A stretch of DNA of 32,000 nucleotides from Pyrodictium occultum (GCF_001462395.1 NZ_LNTB01000001.1:1320001-1352000); one strand, 5' to 3'; counted from the first letter of the stretch, positions 8,471-15,358 are shown. The notes: a model not told the origin generated them from the sequence alone. Numbers and translations are program-made.

Positions 8471-9798
8471 CCGGGGATACGGCCCTCCGCGGCCTCGGCC
8501 CTGCTCCTCCTGCTCAGCTCCTCAGCCGCCTCCGCGACCGCCTCGGCGTCCAGCGCCTCGTCCAGCCCCCGGGGCGGGGCCGTGAAGCCCTCAAGCGCCA
8601 CGGCGCCCGCCCTGGGTATGCCCAGGCCCCGTATCCAGGAGGCGTAGCCCTCCGCCTCCCCCGCGGCCATCCTCCCCATCTTCACCTCGTACCCTATGAG
8701 CGGGCGCCCCCTCCCGTCGAGGAGCACCACGTCCACGTCCCTGCCGCTGGGCTGGAGGGAGTACCCCCTCCGGGCCCCGTGAAGCCTGGCGAGAAGCTCG
8801 CCCAGGGTGAACTGCAGCTCCACCCCGTACCTTGAGCGGAGGGCCTCCACGCTGGGCGGCTGGCCCAGCTCCTCCACCACGTCGGCGACGCTGTAGAGGA
8901 GGGAGAGGAGGGGCGACCGGTGCCGGTAGTAGACGCGGGCGCCCCGGGTCCTCCAGAGGGGCACCCTCTTCACCAGCCCCATCTCCTCCAGCACCCTGAG
9001 CACTCCGGTGGCTGAGCCGGGCTGCGGGCTCGAGACGAGCCCCGCCTCGTAGAGCCTTGCCGCTATCTCGGCGGCCCTCCAGTAGCCCTCGGCGAGCAGG
9101 CGGAGCACGGCATCGTAGACCCTGGTGAGCTGCCTCTCCTCCTCCTCGAACACCTCGCCCACCAGCCCCCGGGCGGCCGGCGTGAGGCCCGCCGCGTGGG
9201 CGGCTAGAGCCCTCCAGGGGTCCCCCCGGGGCTCCACGTGGCGGAGCAGCCAGGGGTCCCGGGCCACCACAGCCCAGAGCACGGCCTCCCTGGCCCCGAG
9301 GCCCAGGCGACGCAGCGACGCGATGGCGTCGGCTACGTCGACCAGGTCCACGTGGAAGGCCTCGAAGAGGCCCAGGAGGGGGCTACGGCGGTCGAACACC
9401 CGCCGCACCACCCCCATGCTGGAGCCGCAGGCTATGAGGCCTGGCTCCGCCTCCCCCGCCACAGCGGCTAGGAGCTCCCAGTAGCGCCGGGGCAGCCTCT
9501 GGAACTCGTCGAGCACCGCCAGGCCCCGGCCCCTCCGCAGCCACCCGGCGACCAGGCTGACACAGTCGCCCAGCCCCGTTATCCTCGGGCCGCCGCCCCT
9601 CTCCTCCACGATGCACTCGCCGTCCCCCGTGGCTGTGGCGTAGAGCCCCCAGTCGACGCAGCGGCGGAGCAGCCAGGTCTTCCCCGTCTTCCTCCTCCCG
9701 TAGACCAGCAGCCAGCCCTGGCGCCGCGAGGCGAGGTAGCTGCACTCCCACCGGTCCAGCGCCGCCGGCAACCCCGAGGACCTCCAGGACACTACCAC
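8467..9798 (-). CDS. Archaeal ATPase (Arch_ATPase-like P-loop) with a C-terminal wHTH and DUF234-like domain
   Basis: Walker A LLVYGRRKTGKTWLL and Walker B LAVLDEFQRL. The C-terminal DVDVVLLDGRGRPLIGYEVKMGRM resembles the DUF234 nuclease-fold tail. GTG start at 9798. Confidence 0.75.
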   Translation of the reverse strand: MVVSWRSSGLPAALDRWECSYLASRRQGWLLVYGRRKTGKTWLLRRCVDWGLYATATGDGECIVEERGGGPRITGLGDCVSLVAGWLRRGRGLAVLDEFQRLPRRYWELLAAVAGEAEPGLIACGSSMGVVRRVFDRRSPLLGLFEAFHVDLVDVADAIASLRRLGLGAREAVLWAVVARDPWLLRHVEPRGDPWRALAAHAAGLTPAARGLVGEVFEEEERQLTRVYDAVLRLLAEGYWRAAEIAARLYEAGLVSSPQPGSATGVLRVLEEMGLVKRVPLWRTRGARVYYRHRSPLLSLLYSVADVVEELGQPPSVEALRSRYGVELQFTLGELLARLHGARRGYSLQPSGRDVDVVLLDGRGRPLIGYEVKMGRMAAGEAEGYASWIRGLGIPRAGAVALEGFTAPPRGLDEALDAEAVAEAAEELSRRSRAEAAEGRIPG

Positions 9799-9820
9799 TA
9801 TATAACAGCCACTATATAAC
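9795..9820 (+). promoter_or_regulatory. Tandem direct repeat of a TATA-containing 12-mer (CCACTATATAAC x2, 14-nt period)
   Basis: The copies are at 9795-9806 and 9809-9820, separated by AG. They lie in the divergent region between the ATPase gene (GTG 9798) and the CYTH gene (9910). Confidence 0.4.
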
Positions 9821-9909
9821 CAGAGTTACAGGGCATCGGCAGCCCCCTTGGAGGGCTACCCCTTTATCCGCCCAGCCGGGCCCTAGGGGCCAGCAGCGGG
9901 GACAGTGTA

Positions 9910-10470
9910 TTGGCTGGGGGCGGGGTTGAGGTTGAGGCCAAGCTGAGGCTCCGGGACTGCAGGGAGCTGGAGGAGGTCGAGAAGAGGCTCCAGGAGCTGG
10001 GGGCGGTCCACGAGGAGGATGTTGCAGAGGAGGACACCTACTACCAGCACCCCTGCCGCGACTTCGCAGAGACCGACGAGGCCCTCCGCGTAAGGCTCGT
10101 AGACGGCAGGGCGGAGCTGACCTACAAGGGGCCCAAGAGGATAATCGGGGGCTCCAAGGCCAGGGCAGAGTACACAATAACGCTCGAGGACCCCAGCAGC
10201 GCCAGGAGGATACTGGAGGCCCTCGGCTTCCGGCCCGCCGCAGTGGTGAGGAAGAGGAGAAGCTACTACCGGCTGGACGGCGTATCAGTCTCCCTCGACA
10301 GGGTGGAGGGGCTCGGCTGCTTCCTCGAGGCAGAGTACACGGGCGAGGGGGGCCAGGAGGCGGCGAGAGCTATAGAGGAGGCCCTAGAGAAGCTGGGCGT
10401 CGCAGAGAGGGAAAGGATCTACAAGTCCTACCTAGAGCTCCTCCTGGAGAAGAAAGCTCCGGAAGCCTAG
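9910..10470 (+). CDS. CYTH-domain protein (class IV adenylate cyclase / triphosphate tunnel metalloenzyme family)
   Basis: N-terminal ExExK signature (VEVEAKLRL), then ALRVRL...AELTYKGPK and a C-terminal DRVEGLGCFLEAEY. 186 aa is the typical CyaB/CYTH size. Confidence 0.8.
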   Translation: MAGGGVEVEAKLRLRDCRELEEVEKRLQELGAVHEEDVAEEDTYYQHPCRDFAETDEALRVRLVDGRAELTYKGPKRIIGGSKARAEYTITLEDPSSARRILEALGFRPAAVVRKRRSYYRLDGVSVSLDRVEGLGCFLEAEYTGEGGQEAARAIEEALEKLGVAERERIYKSYLELLLEKKAPEA

Positions 10471-10623
10471 GGGGCCACGGGGCTGGATGGGTGCCCCGCA
10501 GCCCCCGCAGCGGTACACCTTGCACCGGGAACCCGGTCCTATATGGGGTGCTGGTTCCATAAGGCTACGATTATCACCAATATCGTCTATGACACTGTAT
10601 GGCGGGGGTGGCTGGCGGCGGGT

Positions 10624-11868
10624 CTATGGCCTGCAGTGTGGAGGGTCTGTGGTGTAGTCGAGCACTATGCTGATGCAGTGAAGCTTGTCGTTCCTGTCTA
10701 CTGTGGCCTCTATTCTTGCCTGGAGCACTGCCGCGGGGTAGGTTCGGTCTCCGAGTCTTAGCTCGACGCAGTTGGATTTGTCTATGGGTATGGTTGCCGC
10801 TGGTTTCTGCGGTGTTAGGGTGGCTTTGTGCTCGTGGGCTGGGCTGTAGAGGTCTATTCTCAGGCTGCGGATTAGTGAGCACGGGTGCATGGATTTGAGG
10901 GCTATTGTCAGGGCGTCTATGGGTGCGCCCCCGCTGCAGCCGCAGCTGCGGTCGAGTATGATGTAGAGCGTGTAGTTCGCTACTAGCCTGCATATCCCCT
11001 CCTCCTCGCCGTGGTCTGCGGCTTTGCAGCTGCAGTCGAGGCGGATGGGGATGCTTGTTCTCCCGTGGAGTACCCAGGCGCGGGGGCAGTGACGGCCCTC
11101 TTCCTCTTCCTCCTTGGAGGTGTTGGTGGCGCTGGTGGTGCTCGTGCCGCTCCTCGTCCCCGTAGTGCTGCTCCATGTGCTAGTTGTGGCTCTGGTTGTT
11201 GTGATGGTTGTCGTGTTGCCCTGGGGGGCTGTGGTGCCTGTGGCTGTCGGGGCGGCTGGCGCTGTGGCCTGGCCCGTGGTGGTTGGCTGGGTGGTCTGCG
11301 TTATGGTGGCTCTGGGGGTTGCTGTGGGTGTGAAGTATATTGTGCCCGTCTCCTCGTCGGATATGGAGACCAGGACTGGCAGCTGCACCGCTGCCGTGCA
11401 GTTTCTCGGCATGTAGTATATCCTTGCCCCGAGGACCGCGTAGCGGCTGTCGCCGCTGCCGGCCCAGCTATCCGCGTCGAGCACTATGGCTGCTGAGGGC
11501 TTGTCGAGGGACAGTGTTGCGAGCAGCTCGTTGTTAAGCGTGTTGTAGACCTCGATGTGGAGGTAGCTGAGCCAGGCCCTCAGCAGGCTGGCGTCCGCTA
11601 GGCTGACCACCAGCTTGGCCAGCCGCACCCCCGGGGCCGGCTCTACGCGGATCCACCTGCCGACGTCGAGGCTCTCGACGCTGCAGGCCCCTCCCGTCCT
11701 GAGCACGGGCGTCTCTATGATGGAGACCTCCACCGGCTTGTGGACGGCCCTGGCCCCGCCCACGGCGTAGAAGTCGTTCAGGGGGCTCAGCGTGGTGGCG
11801 AACACCGCCGCCAGCGCAAGGGCTAGCGCGGATAGTATCAGCGCCAGGGCGAGGCTGGCACGCCTCAT
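10624..11868 (-). CDS. Secreted/surface protein: signal or anchor + beta-rich domain + Thr-rich stalk + Cys-rich repeat of the same domain (paralog of 20283-21551)
   Basis: ATG start. The hydrophobic N-terminus is MRRASLALALILSALALALAAVFA, followed by TTLSPLNDFYAVGGA. A 70-aa Thr-rich tract and KEEEEE follow, then a C-terminal domain with 11 Cys. There are several N-x-S/T sequons. Confidence 0.7.
   Translation of the reverse strand: MRRASLALALILSALALALAAVFATTLSPLNDFYAVGGARAVHKPVEVSIIETPVLRTGGACSVESLDVGRWIRVEPAPGVRLAKLVVSLADASLLRAWLSYLHIEVYNTLNNELLATLSLDKPSAAIVLDADSWAGSGDSRYAVLGARIYYMPRNCTAAVQLPVLVSISDEETGTIYFTPTATPRATITQTTQPTTTGQATAPAAPTATGTTAPQGNTTTITTTRATTSTWSSTTGTRSGTSTTSATNTSKEEEEEGRHCPRAWVLHGRTSIPIRLDCSCKAADHGEEEGICRLVANYTLYIILDRSCGCSGGAPIDALTIALKSMHPCSLIRSLRIDLYSPAHEHKATLTPQKPAATIPIDKSNCVELRLGDRTYPAAVLQARIEATVDRNDKLHCISIVLDYTTDPPHCRP
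11116..11331 (-). repeat. Low-complexity Thr/Ala/Pro-coding tract (ACN-rich) inside the 414-aa gene
   Basis: Encodes TPTATPRATITQTTQPTTTGQATAPAAPTATGTTAPQGNTTTITTTRATTSTWSSTTGTRSGTSTTSATNTS. On the + strand it reads as GGT/GTG-rich repeats that create the shadow ORFs 11011-11496 and 11114-11416. Confidence 0.7.
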
Positions 11869-11924
11869 GCAGGACGGCCTCCCCGAGGGACAGCGTACCC
11901 CGGGGGCGGCTGGGCACTGGAGAC

Positions 11925-11937
11925 GCTTATATAGTGC
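11925..11937 (-). promoter_or_regulatory. TATA-like box GCACTATATAAGC (- strand) upstream of the 414-aa secreted-protein gene
   Basis: It shares the 10-mer CACTATATAA with the two copies at 9796-9819. It is centred about 63 nt upstream of the ATG at 11868. Confidence 0.35.
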
Positions 11938-12040
11938 AGGCCCCGTGTTTCAAGGCAGAGCCTGTAGCCAGGAGCACCACGCGCAAGGTTTTGCCGGGGT
12001 CTGAGGGCCACCCGGCTGGCATCGACGCCTCTGGGCAGAG

Positions 12041-13189
12041 GTGTACTCTATGAGGCTGAGGCTTCCCCGGCGCGCGAGGGTGAGGAGGGAGCTGAGGCTA
12101 GCGGACGTCTGGCTCATGGAGCGCTGGCCGGTGGAGACCCTCGACGCCTCCAAGATGACTGACCCACCGTTCGCCGACATAGGCGGCGCCGGCTCGGTTC
12201 TGGAGAGCCTCGTGGACCAGGCGGTGTCGGGCAGGGGCGGGATATACGTAGTAGTCGGCGGCCCCGGCTCGGGCAAGACGACGCTGCTCAAGACGCTTCA
12301 CAGCCGGCTCCGCCGGGGAGGCGTGTACTCGGTCTACGTCAACGCCTCGGGCCGCAGCCTCGACGACCTGGTGGCCGGCCTCTGCACGATACTCGGCTGC
12401 ACCGAGCCGAGCCTCGACTCGCTGAGGGAAAAGCTCCGGGAGAGGGCCGCCGAGAAGGGGGCTATGGCTCTGCTAGTAGACGATATCGACAGGATGGCGG
12501 GCGGGAACATCGACGACGTGATCAAGCTGCTCACAACCCTCACCTCGGCCCAGCGGGAGCTGGGCCGCAGCCTGCTCATAGTGTTCAGCATGGCCCGTGA
12601 CACCCTGGCGAGGCTCAGCCTCGACCCGCTCACCAGGGGGCTGATAAAATCCTACATGGAGGTTATAGACATGGACGAGCACCTGGTGAAATCCCCCAGC
12701 GACCTGGCGAGGCTTATCTACGCCCACTTCCAGCGGGTACGGCCCCGCAGCCTAAGCAAGAAGGCGGCCGCCACCCTGAGCCGCTACCCCCTCCACCCCA
12801 TCAGGGACCAGAGCGTCATAAACGTGCTCTACGACGTGATAGGCGATGACACCCCCCGCGTGTACCTAGAGAAGCTCGACGAGCTCCTAAGGATAGCGGC
12901 CAGCTCGCGCTCACGCCTGGTAAGCGTTTCACACGCGAACGTGCTCGCCAGAAGGATCCTCCAGGCCCGTCGCGGGGCGATACCCCTAACCCAGATCCGA
13001 GCCGTCATCCTACGCCGCTACGTCAACGGCCTCCTGGCCGGCGGGCTCGTAGTACTGGGCACGATGGCCGTAACACTCTCAATGATAAACCTCGTGCCAC
13101 CAGGCCTCAAGCTGCCGTACATAGTCGTGGGCCTGGTGCTGATGCTGGTAGGCGTGCTCGTGCATATGAAATCCGTATCGGCCCCCTAA
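12041..13189 (+). CDS. Membrane-tethered P-loop NTPase (AAA_22/ORC-like ATPase core with two C-terminal transmembrane helices)
   Basis: Walker A YVVVGGPGSGKTTLLKTL and Walker B ALLVDDIDRM. The C-terminal hydrophobic helices are LLAGGLVVLGTMAVTLSMINLV and YIVVGLVLMLVGVLVHM. There is a GTG at 12041 and an ATG at 12050. Confidence 0.75.
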   Translation: MYSMRLRLPRRARVRRELRLADVWLMERWPVETLDASKMTDPPFADIGGAGSVLESLVDQAVSGRGGIYVVVGGPGSGKTTLLKTLHSRLRRGGVYSVYVNASGRSLDDLVAGLCTILGCTEPSLDSLREKLRERAAEKGAMALLVDDIDRMAGGNIDDVIKLLTTLTSAQRELGRSLLIVFSMARDTLARLSLDPLTRGLIKSYMEVIDMDEHLVKSPSDLARLIYAHFQRVRPRSLSKKAAATLSRYPLHPIRDQSVINVLYDVIGDDTPRVYLEKLDELLRIAASSRSRLVSVSHANVLARRILQARRGAIPLTQIRAVILRRYVNGLLAGGLVVLGTMAVTLSMINLVPPGLKLPYIVVGLVLMLVGVLVHMKSVSAP

Positions 13190-13216
13190 AGAGGGGCCGC
13201 GCCCCCCAGGCTGCAG

Positions 13217-13810
13217 GTGGGGGATGGTATGAGCAACGACTACCTAGACCTCACTGTGCCGGAGGAGGGCTCACTGACTGGAGCCCTACTAGCCCTGGCC
13301 GTGCTCGGCGTCATTGTAGCGGTTGGGCTAAGCCTGCGGGGCACTCTGCCGCGCTTCGCGGTGATCCAGACGACGAGCATGGTTCCAACCCTCGTGCCCG
13401 GCGACGTTGTTATGATAACCCATGTAAACCCTAATGACATACACATAGGTGACATAATAGCCTTCAACCTGGTGGCATATGATATCGATAGCCAGGGGAG
13501 GCCCGTAGACGTAAGACGCACGGTAATAGTGGTCCACCGCGTGATAGGCAAGAAGGTTATCAACGGGCACCTCTACTTCCGCACCAAAGGCGACAACAAC
13601 CCCACGCCAGACCCCTGGTATGTGCTCCCTCAGGGCGTGCTGGGCAAGGCCGAGAAGGTGGCCAGCCTGGGCAGCTTCGGCCTGGTGCTAACCAACCCGG
13701 TAGGGAGGATATTCGTGATAGTCATGATGCTCTCGTCCCTGGTGCTCCTGCTAAGCACTGTGAGGAGCTATAGTAAAGGTATACGTGAGGACCTCGAGAG
13801 CTACATGTAG
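13217..13810 (+). CDS. Type I signal peptidase, Sec11/SipW (Ser-His) type
   Basis: S26 boxes: TTSMVPTLVPGD (catalytic Ser), VVHRVIG (His), TKGDNNPTPD. It has N-terminal and C-terminal TM segments. It lies 27 nt downstream of the ATPase on the same strand. Confidence 0.85.
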   Translation: MGDGMSNDYLDLTVPEEGSLTGALLALAVLGVIVAVGLSLRGTLPRFAVIQTTSMVPTLVPGDVVMITHVNPNDIHIGDIIAFNLVAYDIDSQGRPVDVRRTVIVVHRVIGKKVINGHLYFRTKGDNNPTPDPWYVLPQGVLGKAEKVASLGSFGLVLTNPVGRIFVIVMMLSSLVLLLSTVRSYSKGIREDLESYM

Positions 13811-13860
13811 ATGTCTCGGCAAACGCTAGAAACACTAATGCGGTAGGCTGGCGGGTAGGA

Positions 13861-14268
13861 CTACCGGGAGGCACTGGTGTTGCTGCCGGCGTGCAGGAAG
13901 GGCCTGCATATGGCTAGCTTCTCTGCCAGCGTCTGGTTGAGGCTGTAGATCTGCCTGCACACCTCCCCAAGCTCCTCGCTGTTAACCAGCGTCTTGAAGC
14001 CGTTAACATCAAGTATGAAACTGCTATTACCGAGAGGGTGGAGGCTTATCATCAACGTGTTAGACTTGTTTACAATACTTATAAAGTCGCTGCTAACCTT
14101 GTCAACTATTGTCCTATTCAGCTTGTTCTGTGCAATCGCGTTAGCCACCTCCACGAGATCCATACCGGCCTGGTTTACGACCGTCTTAACGTACTGGGCT
14201 ATGACGCCTATTATGAGTGATGACGCGATGAGCGCTATGAGGCCCGGTACAATGAACTCTTTTAGCAT
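13861..14268 (-). CDS. Small N-terminally anchored extracytoplasmic protein, unknown function
   Basis: 135-aa ORF with ATG start. The N-terminal TM is FIVPGLIALIASSLIIGVIAQYV. It has four N-x-S/T sequons (NRT, NKS, NSS, NQT, plus NTS near the end). It sits in the most AT-rich stretch of the window, and no family was recognised. Confidence 0.55.
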   Translation of the reverse strand: MLKEFIVPGLIALIASSLIIGVIAQYVKTVVNQAGMDLVEVANAIAQNKLNRTIVDKVSSDFISIVNKSNTLMISLHPLGNSSFILDVNGFKTLVNSEELGEVCRQIYSLNQTLAEKLAICRPFLHAGSNTSASR

Positions 14269-14347
14269 GCAGAACCACCACTAATGCCGAGGATTATCAA
14301 CTATAATGCCTAATATAACGGTAACGTGGCTGGGCCACGAAAAGCGT

Positions 14348-14417
14348 AGAGCAAACCCAGGGTTTATCCCCCGAGGATTCTGCGGGGAGAAGGGCTACCT
14401 AAACCCTGGATGGCTCT
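14348..14417. other. Nested inverted repeat / candidate structured RNA or operator in a 217-nt intergenic region
   Basis: A perfect 10-bp stem pairs CCAGGGTTTA (14357-14366) with TAAACCCTGG (14400-14409). It encloses an inner CCCCG (14369-14373)/CGGGG (14383-14387) hairpin and is flanked by AGAGC (14348-14352)/GCTCT (14413-14417). Confidence 0.35.
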
Positions 14418-14447
14418 GCTCCTCCAGGCCCCCGGGTATCAACGATG

Positions 14448-14455
14448 ATTTTTAG
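14448..14455 (+). promoter_or_regulatory. TATA-like box (ATTTTTAG) upstream of the 54-aa ORF
   Basis: An AT patch centred about 35 nt upstream of the ATG at 14486, consistent with archaeal TATA spacing for a short-leader transcript. Confidence 0.3.
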
Positions 14456-14485
14456 CGGGCTGACGCCCATAATTCTCTAGCGGAG

Positions 14486-14650
14486 ATGAGGGGCGTGCCC
14501 GACCAGCCCGGCTACAGGGATGAGGAAGACGAGACAAGGTACTGGATTGGTATTGCGCTCATAGTCATCGGCGCGCTGCTCATACCCTTCTCGCTGGTGA
14601 TTGGCGCCATCCTCGTAGCCGTGGGCGCTGTCCTCCTGGCGTCCCGGTGA
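14486..14650 (+). CDS. 54-aa small membrane protein (below the ORF-track cut-off)
   Basis: ATG 14486 to TGA 14648-14650. Translates as MRGVPDQPGYRDEEDETRYWIGIALIVIGALLIPFSLVIGAILVAVGAVLLASR: an acidic head plus about 34 hydrophobic residues. GC3-rich codons match the host usage, and a TATA-like box lies upstream. Confidence 0.4.
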   Translation: MRGVPDQPGYRDEEDETRYWIGIALIVIGALLIPFSLVIGAILVAVGAVLLASR

Positions 14651-14698
14651 GGAAGCCCCTGGGCTTCCCTCTTTTCCGGCCGGCAGCGCCGGAGGGCT

Positions 14699-15268
14699 CT
14701 ATATGTTGAAGCCTATCTCCCGTAGCTTGTTGGCCACAAACCGCTTGTCCTCTTCGGGCAGCAGCTCTATGCCCTGCCTGATCAGCCTCTCGTCCACCTT
14801 GAGCCTGCCCTCGTCTATGTACTCGCGTATTATCTTCAGGTCCTCTATGTCGGTCTCCCGCGCCGCCTTCGCCTTGAGCACTATGTAGTCTTCGAGCCTT
14901 AGCAGCCTGGCCTCGATGTTCCCTAGCCTCCTCTTGCCCGCCCTCTCGAGCATCTCGGGCGGTATGTAGTAGTCGTGGATATTCTCGTAGAACTCCACTA
15001 TAACCTCCTCGCCGCTGGGGAGCCTCGCCACGAACTTCGGCGTGCCCAGCGCCGTGTAGGCTACCTGCCAGCCCTCCTCCTCCGCTATGGCGTGGTACCT
15101 TTCCTCCTCTATCAGCGGGCTGGGCTCCAGGGCGAAGATGTCTACGTCGTCCTCGAACCGTCTACGCCGCAGCTCTAGCTCTACGACCGTGCTCCCCACT
15201 ATGACCCCTTTCACCCCGTGCCGCTGCAGCCTCGAAAGCAGCCACGCCAGGTCCTGAATGCTGTACAC
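14699..15268 (-). CDS. Nucleotidyltransferase-fold protein (DUF2204/minimal NTase-like), function unknown
   Basis: 189-aa ORF. GVIVGSTVVELELRRRRFEDDVDIF fits the G-[SG]...D-x-D pattern of pol-beta-fold nucleotidyltransferases. The family assignment is tentative. Confidence 0.5.
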   Translation of the reverse strand: MYSIQDLAWLLSRLQRHGVKGVIVGSTVVELELRRRRFEDDVDIFALEPSPLIEEERYHAIAEEEGWQVAYTALGTPKFVARLPSGEEVIVEFYENIHDYYIPPEMLERAGKRRLGNIEARLLRLEDYIVLKAKAARETDIEDLKIIREYIDEGRLKVDERLIRQGIELLPEEDKRFVANKLREIGFNI

Positions 15269-15358
15269 GGGCTATGCACCCTCCAAGGGAGCGGTGGGCC
15301 TCCCCCATGTGGCCCGCTAGTGGCGGCCCCTGGGTTTAGGGTTTAGATGGCTACCGCC

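Noticed and set aside
7097-9798. Dnd/Ssp-type DNA phosphorothioation system (PAPS-reductase-like gene + neighbouring ATPase)
   Set aside because: The genes are convergent rather than operonic. No cysteine desulfurase, DndE/DndB-like or restriction components are present. The ATPase is of Arch_ATPase/DUF234 type, not the SMC-like DndD type.
10574-11176. 200-aa same-strand alternative frame, plus + strand ORFs 11011-11496 and 11114-11416, over the Thr-rich tract
   Set aside because: These are artefacts of the ACN/GGT repeat composition. The 414-aa frame alone gives a signal peptide, paralog homology and a coherent domain structure.
14440-14470. C/D-box sRNA in the 14.3-14.5 kb spacer (GATGATT ... 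CTGA)
   Set aside because: The C box does not match RUGAUGA (it reads CGAUGAUU). There is no C'/D' pair and no terminal stem.
15333-15347. GGTTTAG GGTTTAG tandem heptamer (telomere-like TTTAGGG), with related AGGGTTTA copies at 14358-14366 and 14400-14409
   Set aside because: There are only two units, archaeal chromosomes have no such telomeres, and the other copies are the arms of the 14.4-kb stem-loop. I noted it as a possible weak shared motif, but it is too short to call.
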